In this document: piece by piece, positions 52,946 through 62,101 of the stretch
How positions within the stretch are numbered: the first letter of the stretch is position 1
How the letters are laid out: each line of letters begins with the position of its first letter
Source: Candidatus Woesearchaeota archaeon
GTDB lineage: Archaea; Nanobdellota; Nanobdellia; Woesearchaeales; UBA525
Assembly: GCA_028818155.1 (NCBI GenBank)
Contig: JAPPOH010000001.1
Span: forward strand, 192,598 to 256,597
Direction of reading: 5' to 3'
Length of the DNA: 64,000 nucleotides
Translations under genes and position numbers: made by a program
The notes under the pieces: model-generated
What the model saw: only the letters and a program-made list of their open reading frames with translations
Database searches by the model: none
What the model was told of the DNA's origin: nothing

Positions 52946-53585
52946 TGTGCACGATTTCCGGTCCGCCGGACGCGTCGCCGATCAGGAAGCCGTTTGTGTT
53001 GTTTAAGAGTGCTGCATTCAGGTATGGGGTGCCCATGTTCGCGGTTGCTTGTGTGAGCGTCACGTTCAGCACTGATTCAAGTTCGTGTTTTTCTTCATCT
53101 GTGACGTCTCGGTGGACAACCCCTTTCTCTCCTTGCAGGACGATGACTGCGCCAGGTGTCTTGAGCCCTGCGACATCCATTTTGATAACTGGCACTTTCA
53201 GGTATGCTTCGATCGTCTGCCGTTCTTCCTCAGAATAATCTGTGCTGATAACTGCGCCGTGGTCGTTGCACACGATGTTGTTGCCGAGGCATGTGTGCTT
53301 CGTCTCGAGTACCTGGACGGGAATCTTGAGTTTCTCTAACTCTTCGCGTTCATGCTCGAAGAGAATCCCTGGTGCGAGCACACAGTGTGAGTTGCCAGCG
53401 AGAAAGACGCCAGGCATCTGCGTGCCTGCGATGGCAACATGATGTAAAGGTACTTGCAGGACAGCTGTGACTTCTTCTTTTCGCTTTCCTGTGAGTTGTT
53501 CGCCGAGGAGCGCATACTGCTCCGTCACGTAGCCGTAGAGGCCGACGTTTGATGTGCCTGCAAAGTGCGTTCTGAGAACGTGCAT
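52923..53585 (-). CDS. eif6: Translation initiation factor 6 (aIF6)
   Basis: MHVLRTHFAGTSNVGLYGYVTEQYALLG and the pentein-repeat character. 220 aa. Confidence 0.85.
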   Translation of the reverse strand: MHVLRTHFAGTSNVGLYGYVTEQYALLGEQLTGKRKEEVTAVLQVPLHHVAIAGTQMPGVFLAGNSHCVLAPGILFEHEREELEKLKIPVQVLETKHTCLGNNIVCNDHGAVISTDYSEEERQTIEAYLKVPVIKMDVAGLKTPGAVIVLQGEKGVVHRDVTDEEKHELESVLNVTLTQATANMGTPYLNAALLNNTNGFLIGDASGGPEIVHIDEVLYG

Positions 53586-53621
53586 GTTGCTGAAGAATCA
53601 CAAAGCTCTTTAAAAAGGCAT

Positions 53622-54497
53622 CTACTCTTTCCCAACGTTCTCGTCAGGTGCTTCTGTACTCAAGAGATGCACGGTAATCTCGCCGAAATGGTCATCTTGC
53701 TCCATCTCCACTTTCAGCGCGTTCTCTAAGTGAAGCAGCGGAATGAACGCCAGGACAAGATCGCGCGGATCCTTACTCCTTGTGATATGGTGGAATTTCA
53801 AGCTCCCCTGATCTTGCTTCTCGATATGATAGTGGTTGTGCACGTGGTCAAAGACCTCTTTGATAATCACGCTAATATCTACGTGGTTCTTCGGCGGGTT
53901 AATCTTCCTGATCTTCCGTGGAAGGACGACTGCAGGGGGTCTTCTCGCTTCCACCTCGAGTGCCTGCTCTAGAGCCTCAACTAAATCGTAGACGGTCACT
54001 TTGCGTTTCCGAGGTTGTGGTGTTCTCGGGATTAATTTCGGCAGTTCTGGCCGTTCTTCCTCGCCGAAGAGATCTAACTCTTCGAAGTCTTCTGCTTCGA
54101 CGGCATCAATCAGGTTGTCGAGCGCGGCCATTTCTTCTTTTTGGAGTTTGTCTGCCTTCATTTTCAGCAAAACGGCACTCGCAAGCACAACTTTACCAGA
54201 AATGCGGAAGTCAAGCTCCTTTAATTTCTTCAATTCATCAAGAAACTTTTGGCTAAGTAACGAGACATCAATATCCCAGGGGTCCATCTGGTTACTGTCG
54301 ACGAGATCAAAGATTAGGCTGCGCCAGCCGATGTCGTCCTGTTTGACAATAATATCGAGAAGCCTGTCTTGTGTCGTCTGTGCTGCTGTCGGCGTCATCG
54401 CTGCTCTCCCATTAGTAGAGGCCTTTTTAATAGTTTCTTTCACCTGTGTACCACCCCCTGTAGATTCCGGTACCCTTAAAAAAGGTTTTGTGTTCAT
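53622..54497 (-). CDS. scpA: Segregation and condensation protein A (kleisin ScpA)
   Basis: MDPWDIDVSLLSQKFLDELKKLKELDFRISGKVVLASAVLLKMKA is the ScpA N-terminal signature. Confidence 0.75.
   Translation of the reverse strand: MNTKPFLRVPESTGGGTQVKETIKKASTNGRAAMTPTAAQTTQDRLLDIIVKQDDIGWRSLIFDLVDSNQMDPWDIDVSLLSQKFLDELKKLKELDFRISGKVVLASAVLLKMKADKLQKEEMAALDNLIDAVEAEDFEELDLFGEEERPELPKLIPRTPQPRKRKVTVYDLVEALEQALEVEARRPPAVVLPRKIRKINPPKNHVDISVIIKEVFDHVHNHYHIEKQDQGSLKFHHITRSKDPRDLVLAFIPLLHLENALKVEMEQDDHFGEITVHLLSTEAPDENVGKE
54476..54483 (+). promoter_or_regulatory. TATA box for tRNA-Val
   Basis: TTAAAAAA, centred 27 nt upstream of the tRNA 5' end at 54507. Confidence 0.55.
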
Positions 54498-54506
54498 GAC
54501 CTGTGA

Positions 54507-54582
54507 GGGCCCGTAGTTTAGTGGCTATAACGTCTCGTTTACACCGAGAAGGTCACCAGTTCGAGTCTGGTCGGGCCCACCA
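54507..54582 (+). tRNA. tRNA-Val (anticodon UAC) with genomically encoded CCA
   Basis: GGGCCCG/CGGGCCC acceptor, TCTCG-TTTACAC-CGAGA anticodon arm, ACCAG-TTCGAGT-CTGGT T arm, then ACCA. Confidence 0.9.
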
Positions 54583-54632
54583 TTTTTCTTACTTGTGAGT
54601 AGGTTTATATACTGTGCAAGAATCCACGGCAC

Positions 54633-54947
54633 ATGCCATCACAGAACGCAATTCATGTACCACACGAAGGAACGCGAGTTGAGCAAGAACTTCTCATTCT
54701 CCCTGAAGACGTTATATCGAAGATGACTCAACAAGCGCATGAGAAGGGAGAGCTGCGCTACAATGGAGAGAATCTCAATGTGCAGGACATAGCGGCATTC
54801 GCAAGATATCTTGCAACCCGTACCTTGCACGAACAGCACAACAACTCGAAGCCATCTGTGAAGGAGCAGCACATGATCGGAGACTCATCGACTTCCATGT
54901 GGTTAAAGCAAGTATCCGAAAATCAATGTGGGCGTATCAAGATTTAG
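54633..54947 (+). CDS. Hypothetical protein (104 aa)
   Basis: TATA TTTATATA at 54604-54611 is centred 27 nt before the ATG at 54633. Confidence 0.5.
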   Translation: MPSQNAIHVPHEGTRVEQELLILPEDVISKMTQQAHEKGELRYNGENLNVQDIAAFARYLATRTLHEQHNNSKPSVKEQHMIGDSSTSMWLKQVSENQCGRIKI

Positions 54948-55049
54948 ACTCAGGAGAACCAACGATGACTGATACGACTGTGAACGCAAATATTGGCATT
55001 CTCCAAAAGGCAGCGCAACTCGCGTACGAGCACGTTCCTCCGGTGAAGA

Positions 55050-56348
55050 TCACCCCTGCCGCCCAACACCAAAGTATGTGAACCCCTGCATAGCAGGATC
55101 ATAGATGTTTCTTCCGTCAAAAATCACAGGCGCTCGCAATAACTCCTGTAACTTCGCAAAATCAGGGATCTTATACTCATCCCACTCAGTCATTACAACG
55201 AGACAATCTGCGCCAGCAACAGCATCGTACTTGTCATCGCAACAGGTAACCCTGTCTCCATAGTGTTCCTTCGCCTCTTCCAACGCCTTCGGATCATGCA
55301 CACGAACGCGTGCACCTTTCTCCAAAAAATAATCAATCGCAGCAAGCGATGCGCTCTCTCGAATATCGGAGGTGCGCGCTTTGAATGCCACGCCCCACAC
55401 CCCGATCGTTTTCCCTTGTAACGAGCCAAGGTGCTTCTCCACCTTCTGCGGCATGTACAACTTGTGCACATCATTCGAGCGATCAACAGCAAACGTGATC
55501 GGAAGATCCAAACCCATCTCTTTCGAAAACTCACGGAGCGCACGGTCATCTTTCGGGAAACAGCTCCCGCCAACGCCAGCGCTCGGGTACAGGTACGCTG
55601 TCCCAATGCGAGCATCTCTGCCCATGCCCTTCCGGATCTCTTCCATGTCCGCAAGCACGGTATCAGCATTCATGGCTGACGCAATCTGCGCAAACTCATT
55701 CACGAGCGCAATGCGCGCGTACAACATCGTATTGGAGAATAATTTCGTCAAAATCGCAGACACAGGTTTCATGCGCATCGCAGGATCGCTCTCTTTGAGG
55801 AATGGCGCGTACAAACTGTGCACTTTTTCAAATACCTCCTCGCTCTCCGTGCCGATAATCACCCGATCCGGCTTTTCGAAATCACCAAGCGCGCGCCCCT
55901 CGCGCAAGAACTCAGGATTACTGACAACCTCCACCTTCGAGCCAAGAATCTTTCGCACTTCAGTGTACGTGCTCGGGAGCACAGTACTCTTGAGGACAAC
56001 AATGTGCTTTTTTCCTTGCAAAACTGCAGCAATATCTTTCGCGGCGGCATGTACATAGTCCATGTTGAACGCACCACTTTCTTCAGATGGCGTGCCAACA
56101 GCAATGAACGTGATATCAGCTCCAGGCACAGCGTCGGCAATGGAAGTGGTAAAGTGTAAGTTGCCAGCAGCGACGGCGCTCGTCACGACTTCCTGCAGGC
56201 CAGGCTCAAAGAAATGAATCGTTCCAGCAGTCAACTGTGCAATGATCTGCTCGTTAATATCGACGCACGTGACGTGGTTGCCAACTTTCGCAAACATGGC
56301 GCCGGCGACAAGACCAACATATCCTGTTCCAATAACTGCAATGTTCAT
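55050..56348 (-). CDS. ugd: UDP-glucose 6-dehydrogenase
   Basis: MNIAVIGTGYVGLV (NAD fold), GGSCFPKD (catalytic Cys), and the C-terminal UDP-binding domain. Confidence 0.9.
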   Translation of the reverse strand: MNIAVIGTGYVGLVAGAMFAKVGNHVTCVDINEQIIAQLTAGTIHFFEPGLQEVVTSAVAAGNLHFTTSIADAVPGADITFIAVGTPSEESGAFNMDYVHAAAKDIAAVLQGKKHIVVLKSTVLPSTYTEVRKILGSKVEVVSNPEFLREGRALGDFEKPDRVIIGTESEEVFEKVHSLYAPFLKESDPAMRMKPVSAILTKLFSNTMLYARIALVNEFAQIASAMNADTVLADMEEIRKGMGRDARIGTAYLYPSAGVGGSCFPKDDRALREFSKEMGLDLPITFAVDRSNDVHKLYMPQKVEKHLGSLQGKTIGVWGVAFKARTSDIRESASLAAIDYFLEKGARVRVHDPKALEEAKEHYGDRVTCCDDKYDAVAGADCLVVMTEWDEYKIPDFAKLQELLRAPVIFDGRNIYDPAMQGFTYFGVGRQG

Positions 56349-56379
56349 GATGCGGAGAGGACTCTCAACCTATTTATGC

Positions 56380-57726
56380 TTACCGCCTGTACCAACAGAG
56401 GTAGTACGGGTTGCCAGAAATACTCAGCTGCACGGTATGAACGCAGCCAGCGGGTAAGCCACGACCAGGTTGCGACTGGCAGACAGCATCAGTATCGGAT
56501 GAATAAGAGTCCCATGTTGCCTGGTTCTGTGCGTACGCTCTGTGTCCTGGCAGCCACGTGTCATCACAGTTCGCGGGCTTGCCTCGTGGTCCTGCAACCG
56601 TTGGCTGATTCCCTGTTGGCGCTGGTGCGGCTTGACAAAAGTCGAGTGGTGCCGCTTGATTGCCTCGTGCACGATCACTATCGAACGGACACCTCGTGGG
56701 TGTGAGTCCTGGTGCATTACATGGGAGGCCGCAGATCACTTGACCTTGTTCCTCACATTTGAGTGCTTTTGCGTGGATGCTACCGAACGTCAACACGCAG
56801 AACGTGTCTGCTGCTCGGAAGGCGGAGCACGTAACGTGCTTCTTGTTGTGCTGGTAGAAGTCACAGACCCGGTACCCGTTGTACGTTGCTACCGTCTGCT
56901 GCGGTGGTGCTGGCGGACTCGGTGTAAAGAAGCGAATGATTGGTTGCGTGAAGAAGCTGAGCGTGCTCCTCAAGAAGGTACAGCCGCCAACAACGAGCTT
57001 CTTGGTTTTGAACATGTGACTCATCGCTGCAGCTCTATCATGGCTGCCGAGCACTGCGTTGAGGTCTTGCTCACTAACCGTTACTTTGTGCTTGCAACTG
57101 CCAGCTGTTGAGAGCCCAGTAATCTGCTTGTTCGCGATCGTGACAAAGATGTTCTTCGTGCTGCCATCCTGCATCTGTATGTCCACTCGTGTGTTACCGC
57201 CGATAATGCTGCCGACAACGCTCGGGAGTGGTGCGGGGCATCCCTGCAACTGCCTGTTCAGTAAGGGCACTTCTCGCAAGAATGCTTGCGTATCTCGCGC
57301 GTGCATCGTGACCTGACATTGCTGCGAGCCACTACACTCCACGTACATTTCTCGGTACAAGCCGCCTATCGGCGTGCTACAGTCAACACCAACAATACAG
57401 CGTGGACAGATGTGGCACGTGTTTGTTTTGTCAGCACACACACCACTCTGTGGCGCACCATCACAGTAGACGCCGGTTCTGTCTCCAGAGAGGCTCGAGC
57501 TTACAGCTGCAGATGGATGCACTTGCTGGCAGACGCTTGTCGTGGTTGCTGTGTAGCCAACACAGGTCTTTCCAAGTTTCTGACAAACTTCATCTCCTGT
57601 ATCTTCGCTCGCATCATCTGCGCTCACAACATAGTACTCGCGGCCGTTCTCCTGGAATGGGCCGGAGACTGCGGTGACGAAGCTCAGCGTAAGCAAGAAG
57701 ACAATGAAAACTGCGTACCCCCTCAT
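56380..57726 (-). CDS. Secreted Cys-rich hypothetical protein
   Basis: The signal MRGYAVFIVFLLTLSFVTAVSG begins at the ATG at 57726, which is 27 nt from the centre of a TATA (plus-strand TATTTAAG at 57749-57756). The track ORF extends to 57951. Confidence 0.55.
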   Translation of the reverse strand: MRGYAVFIVFLLTLSFVTAVSGPFQENGREYYVVSADDASEDTGDEVCQKLGKTCVGYTATTTSVCQQVHPSAAVSSSLSGDRTGVYCDGAPQSGVCADKTNTCHICPRCIVGVDCSTPIGGLYREMYVECSGSQQCQVTMHARDTQAFLREVPLLNRQLQGCPAPLPSVVGSIIGGNTRVDIQMQDGSTKNIFVTIANKQITGLSTAGSCKHKVTVSEQDLNAVLGSHDRAAAMSHMFKTKKLVVGGCTFLRSTLSFFTQPIIRFFTPSPPAPPQQTVATYNGYRVCDFYQHNKKHVTCSAFRAADTFCVLTFGSIHAKALKCEEQGQVICGLPCNAPGLTPTRCPFDSDRARGNQAAPLDFCQAAPAPTGNQPTVAGPRGKPANCDDTWLPGHRAYAQNQATWDSYSSDTDAVCQSQPGRGLPAGCVHTVQLSISGNPYYLCWYRR

Positions 57727-57751
57727 ACTACGGAGAACTGAAGCGATGTAT

Positions 57752-58303
57752 TTAAGATTTCCGAGTAACTCGCCAGACCGCAACGGTAAGCGCGCCAACA
57801 AGGTTCGAGAACATGTCCAAGGATGCGTTCTGCCACTCACCAATATCGCCAGCACCATACAATAAGAACCCATCCCCAGCACCGAAAGTAGCGTAGCCAA
57901 ACCACTCAACAATCTCTGCAGCAGCACCACAACCAAGAGGCACGAGCACAATCAACAAGAATCGTTGGACACGACCCCACCGTTCGTTCGCAAATAATCG
58001 ATCAGCAACGAGCGCAGCGGCCAAGCCGCCAACAAAGTGCATATACCTGTCAAACCCAAGGCCAAAGAACGTATTCTCATACAAGCCAACATTATGTAAC
58101 ATGAGTGCGAAGAGAAACACACCATAACTCCAGTTATCCTGGTGCGTCGTCGTAAAAAAACGCACAAAAACCGCAATCCCCGCAAGCGAGAGCAACACAT
58201 CATACACCATGTTCGAGCTGATAGTGAAGCCAACGAACGTTCGCGGGAACGTCAGATGCAGAATTCCAAGAAGAACAAGAAGAAGAACAGCAACGCCCGT
58301 CAT
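57752..58303 (-). CDS. DUF2238 (YjdF-like) membrane protein
   Basis: FDRYMHFVGG, AAAEIVEWFGY, GDIGEWQNASLDMFSNLVGAL. The start was chosen at MTGVAVLLL. The upstream in-frame part would collide with the helicase promoter. Confidence 0.55.
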   Translation of the reverse strand: MTGVAVLLLVLLGILHLTFPRTFVGFTISSNMVYDVLLSLAGIAVFVRFFTTTHQDNWSYGVFLFALMLHNVGLYENTFFGLGFDRYMHFVGGLAAALVADRLFANERWGRVQRFLLIVLVPLGCGAAAEIVEWFGYATFGAGDGFLLYGAGDIGEWQNASLDMFSNLVGALTVAVWRVTRKS

Positions 58304-58349
58304 CCACCATGTCAGCTTGTTTTTCTGCACACACAAAGAACCCCCTGTC

Positions 58350-58359
58350 TTTTTATATT
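58350..58359 (+). promoter_or_regulatory. TATA box of the Ski2-like helicase gene
   Basis: TTTTTATATT, centred about 26 nt before the ATG at 58380. Confidence 0.6.
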
Positions 58360-58379
58360 GCTTCCGTTCCAACAGAGGC

Positions 58380-60290
58380 ATGGTTGAATTTAGAGGATTA
58401 ACCCTAGACAGGTTCCAAGTCGAAGCAACACAATTTCTCACAGAAGGCCATTCTGTTGTTGTCTCAGCAGCCACAGGCACAGGGAAGACCATCATCGCAG
58501 ATTACGTCATCGATAAAGCGTTCACAGAAGGTAAGAAAGTCTTCTACACGAGCCCAATCAAAGCACTCTCCAATCAAAAATTCAGCGAATTCAAACAATT
58601 ATACGGCGACAAGAACGTCGGGATATTAACAGGCGATGTCGTGCAAAACCCAACAGCTCCGCTGTTAATCATGACAACAGAAATCTATAGAAATATGCTC
58701 TTAGCAGACGACCCGATCACAGACCATCTCAAAGCAGTGGTATTCGATGAAATCCATTTCCTCGGCGACAAAGAGCGAGGCACCGTCTGGGAAGAAGCGA
58801 TCATCTTCAGCCCGGAACACGTCAGATTCCTCTGTTTATCTGCAACAATCCCCAACGCACGACAGTTCGCGAACTGGATACAGGCAATCAAACACCATGA
58901 CGTGAAAGTCGTCACAGAAAAGAAGCGCGCAGTCCCACTCCAACACCAATTTTACGATATCAGATTCGGGATGAGCACACTCAAAGAAATAAAACAACGA
59001 AAACACCATCCAAACTACAAGCAATTCAAAAAGCGAGGAAGAAGAACCAAGCGTCCTCCAAAACTCACACACCTTGATCTTATCAAACAACTCAGACACA
59101 AGCAACACATCCCCTGCATCTACTTCTGCTTCAGCAGAGCAGCCACACAAGACAAAGCGGACGAACTCGCACAACGAACATCATTCCTGACAAAAGAACA
59201 ACAACAAAAGGTCCACGAACACATTGACAACATTATCACAGACCCGGACGTGCAAACACTCGAGACAACACACATCCTCTGCAGCTGCCTCGAACGAGGG
59301 GTTGCATTTCACCATGCAGGCATCCTTCCTGTCTTGAAAGAGCTCGTCGAAGTATTATTCGCAGAAAAACTCGTGTTCGTCCTCTACGCAACAGAAACAT
59401 TTGCCGTCGGCATTAATCTCCCAACAAAAACAGTCTGCTTCAACTCACTCGAGAAATACGATGGAATAGAGTTCAGATACCTCCACAGCAGAGAATACTT
59501 CCAACTGGCAGGTAGAGCAGGGAGACGAGGCCTGGATAAGATCGGCTACGCAATCAGCGTCATAGACCCAGAGTATGCGGACCTGAACACAATCGCGAAC
59601 ATGACAGCAGGCGACACAGACCCGCTCCAATCACAATACAAACTCTCGTACAACACCGTCTTGAACTTAGTTGCGAACCACACGCCAGCAGAGCGAGAAA
59701 CTATTCTCACCTCCAGCCTCTATACATACCAGACAGCAGGCAAACATGCAGAGCGCATCGTGAAACAATTCCACAAGAAAAAACAATACTTGGAGGACCT
59801 CGACTACATCAAGGATGACAAGGTCACAGAAAGAGGCGAGTTCGCCAGAAAAGTGTACCAAGCAGAACTCATGCTCACCGAACTCTTCATGACAAGCTTA
59901 ACGGAACACTTCTCCGACTTCCAAATGATGTTATTATGCGCAGCACTTGAGTTCGAGCCGAGACCGAATATGCAATTCAGGAAGAAACACGCGCCCGCGA
60001 CAAAAGAGCTCTTAGTCTTGTTCAAAGAATACCCTGGCATCTACTCGTTCTTCAAGAAGCGACGCATGGAGAAAATAGAACCGATGCTCGCAGCATGGTA
60101 CAACGGCAAGGAGTTCATTGAGTTACTTGACCTCACCACCATGCCGGAAGGGGATATCATTCGCTTCTTCAGAAGAATCATTGACGTCATACAGCAGGTG
60201 CAGCACGCGACACAAGACGCGAGTCTCAGACACAAACTGAAAGAGATCGTGACACGAATTGACCGCGGTATTGTACAAGTGCACTTATAA
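58380..60290 (+). CDS. Ski2/Mtr4/HelY-like SF2 RNA helicase with a DSHCT-like C-terminal domain
   Basis: AATGTGKT, FDEIHFL, SATIPN, HHAGILP, ATETFAVGINLP, QLAGRAGRRG. C-terminal WYNGKEFIELLDLTTMPEGDIIRFFRRIIDVIQQV resembles DSHCT. Confidence 0.8.
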   Translation: MVEFRGLTLDRFQVEATQFLTEGHSVVVSAATGTGKTIIADYVIDKAFTEGKKVFYTSPIKALSNQKFSEFKQLYGDKNVGILTGDVVQNPTAPLLIMTTEIYRNMLLADDPITDHLKAVVFDEIHFLGDKERGTVWEEAIIFSPEHVRFLCLSATIPNARQFANWIQAIKHHDVKVVTEKKRAVPLQHQFYDIRFGMSTLKEIKQRKHHPNYKQFKKRGRRTKRPPKLTHLDLIKQLRHKQHIPCIYFCFSRAATQDKADELAQRTSFLTKEQQQKVHEHIDNIITDPDVQTLETTHILCSCLERGVAFHHAGILPVLKELVEVLFAEKLVFVLYATETFAVGINLPTKTVCFNSLEKYDGIEFRYLHSREYFQLAGRAGRRGLDKIGYAISVIDPEYADLNTIANMTAGDTDPLQSQYKLSYNTVLNLVANHTPAERETILTSSLYTYQTAGKHAERIVKQFHKKKQYLEDLDYIKDDKVTERGEFARKVYQAELMLTELFMTSLTEHFSDFQMMLLCAALEFEPRPNMQFRKKHAPATKELLVLFKEYPGIYSFFKKRRMEKIEPMLAAWYNGKEFIELLDLTTMPEGDIIRFFRRIIDVIQQVQHATQDASLRHKLKEIVTRIDRGIVQVHL

Positions 60291-60345
60291 CTCACTTTCG
60301 AGTGGTCCCCAAACTTTATAACCTCCACGGAGAGCATTCTCGTCG

Positions 60346-60756
60346 ATGGCAATCTCTGCACAAGTCGGCGTCTGGCTCGCGTACGCAAATGTGTTTATCG
60401 CGGCATTCATTACTGTGTATGCGCACCTCTTCTTGAAGCAGACGAAGAAGCACAAAGACAGAAGGCCATGGGACTTCCTCTTCATGGCATCATTCCTGTA
60501 CTTGATCTTTCAAATCTTCAACGTGCTCGTTGTCTCTGGCTTCACCACCCTCGTCTCTGTGGTGAACCTCGCTATTGTTGGCAGCATCATGGCATTCTTC
60601 TACTCAGGGCTCGTGTTGCTTGCTTTCATCAGCCAGCATGATTTAATCTTAAAGAGCCAGCTCATCCTCATCAGCAAGAAAGATAAGAAGGAAGAAGCAG
60701 AGGATGATGTACAAGTGAAAGTGAGCTTGCCAAAGAGAAAGGAACCTACTTCTTAA
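60346..60756 (+). CDS. Hypothetical membrane protein
   Basis: Three or four TM spans and a charged C-terminal tail. Confidence 0.5.
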   Translation: MAISAQVGVWLAYANVFIAAFITVYAHLFLKQTKKHKDRRPWDFLFMASFLYLIFQIFNVLVVSGFTTLVSVVNLAIVGSIMAFFYSGLVLLAFISQHDLILKSQLILISKKDKKEEAEDDVQVKVSLPKRKEPTS

Positions 60757-60847
60757 GCCGTCTGCGCTTCTCTTTCTTCATGCGCTTGCGCTGCCACTTC
60801 CAGCGCATTTGGCCTTTTTTCTTCCATCGACGGGAACTTCGCTTCAT
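60746..60847 (-). CDS. Candidate ultra-basic micro-protein related to ribosomal protein L41e
   Basis: MKRSSRRWKKKGQMRWKWQRKRMKKEKRRRLKK. The last 20 aa align with eukaryotic/archaeal L41e ([20 protein letters not shown] as I recall it). TATA (plus-strand TTTTTAAA at 60871-60878) is centred 27 nt from the ATG at 60847. Confidence 0.5.
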   Translation of the reverse strand: MKRSSRRWKKKGQMRWKWQRKRMKKEKRRRLKK

Positions 60848-60922
60848 CTCCTCTTGAGAGCCATGAAGTCTTTTTAAAGCTTTGCGCGAGAACGATTTAA
60901 ACGCACACGCACTCCCAAACAC

Positions 60923-61333
60923 ATGATCCTTGAACTCGTCCTGTATTTCATCATCGCCGTCGGCCTCTCGTTCGTGAAAGTGGATGTTGTCCCGATCGCG
61001 AGCGTAATTGTGGGCATTCACTTTGGTAGCTTCGTAGGTGTCTTGTTTGGGATCATCACAAAAATCGTGAACAGCATCCTCAGAAAGCAGTTCGATCACC
61101 GGACACTCGTCCACATCGCAGGCATTATTTTCCTCGTGAAGATCACTGCATCCGTTGGCATGACACTAACAATGGGCCCCTTGTTGGGTGCGATCCTCGC
61201 GTATATCATCATCACGTTCATTGTTATCCAGCTCTTTGGCGGGGACTTCTTGAAAGGACTGCTGTTTGCAGCCAGAGATATTGTGGTCACGATTGTCTTC
61301 ATCAAACTACTCCAACTCGCGAGCATCATCTAA
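60923..61333 (+). CDS. Hypothetical membrane protein
   Basis: Four hydrophobic spans. TATA TTTAAA at 60896-60901 is about 25 nt before the ATG. Confidence 0.55.
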   Translation: MILELVLYFIIAVGLSFVKVDVVPIASVIVGIHFGSFVGVLFGIITKIVNSILRKQFDHRTLVHIAGIIFLVKITASVGMTLTMGPLLGAILAYIIITFIVIQLFGGDFLKGLLFAARDIVVTIVFIKLLQLASII

Positions 61334-61366
61334 AGGTTTAAGAAACACAGCAGGATCTCTTCTCGT

Positions 61367-62101
61367 ATGGAACTCGGGACTGTTACACGCATCATGCGCT
61401 TCCCGGTCAAAAGTATGGCAGGAGAGGAAGTAGATGATGTTTTCATCTCCTATTCAGGCGTCACAGGCGACAGGGTCTACGCGTTTTTGGACACGACAAA
61501 AACGAACAACTTTCCCTGGATGACTGCACGGCAGAAACACGACCTCGTCAAGTATAGAACAAAATTTGTGCAGCCATCTGCGCCACAGCAACAGTACCCG
61601 AGGAAAGAAGCATTCACTATTCAGGTCACGACACCTGAAGGACACACCTACGATGTAACGGACGCATCTCTCAGAGATGCGCTCCAAGAGCAGACAGGTG
61701 TGCCACTCCAACTTCGATTTTCTGAGGCAGGCATGCAAGACAGTAGGCCTCTTTCCATTGTGAGTACACAGACACTCGCAGCGCTCGAGCAAGAGATGGG
61801 CATGACTGTTGATCACCGACGATTCAGAATGAACCTCGAAATAAACTGGAAGAACGAGCAACCATACTATGAGAACGAGCTCCTCGGGAAAACACTGCGG
61901 ATTGGAGAAACACTTACACTACAGATCTCAAAACGAGACACGCGCTGTGTGATTATCACTGTGGACCCAGACACGGGAGAGACGACGCCAGAGCTCTTGC
62001 AACATGTTGCAAAGGAGCATAAGGGGAGTGTTGGTGTCTACGCAGTCGTGCTCAGAGAAGGGGTTGTCAAGAACGGAGATCGCATTGTGCTCGAGAATTA
62101 A
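61367..62101 (+). CDS. MOSC domain protein (YcbX-like, N-terminal beta-barrel plus MOSC)
   Basis: IMRFPVKSMAGEEV...GVTGDRVYAF and RFRMNLEI...the conserved Cys in RDTRCVIITVDPDTGE. Confidence 0.75.
   Translation: MELGTVTRIMRFPVKSMAGEEVDDVFISYSGVTGDRVYAFLDTTKTNNFPWMTARQKHDLVKYRTKFVQPSAPQQQYPRKEAFTIQVTTPEGHTYDVTDASLRDALQEQTGVPLQLRFSEAGMQDSRPLSIVSTQTLAALEQEMGMTVDHRRFRMNLEINWKNEQPYYENELLGKTLRIGETLTLQISKRDTRCVIITVDPDTGETTPELLQHVAKEHKGSVGVYAVVLREGVVKNGDRIVLEN

Noticed and set aside
57752-58495. Full 247-aa version of the DUF2238 ORF and the 693-aa version of the helicase ORF (58209..60290), which overlap head to head
   Set aside because: The overlapping N-terminal extensions are non-homologous low-quality sequence and would eliminate the shared promoter region. 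Internal ATGs (58303 and 58380) fit the TATA at 58350-58359.
60746-61114. Full-length 122-aa minus-strand ORF
   Set aside because: Its N-terminal two thirds overlap the 60923..61333 membrane-protein gene and both divergent TATA boxes. Only the 33-aa C-terminal part, with its own correctly spaced TATA, is kept as the L41e-like candidate.
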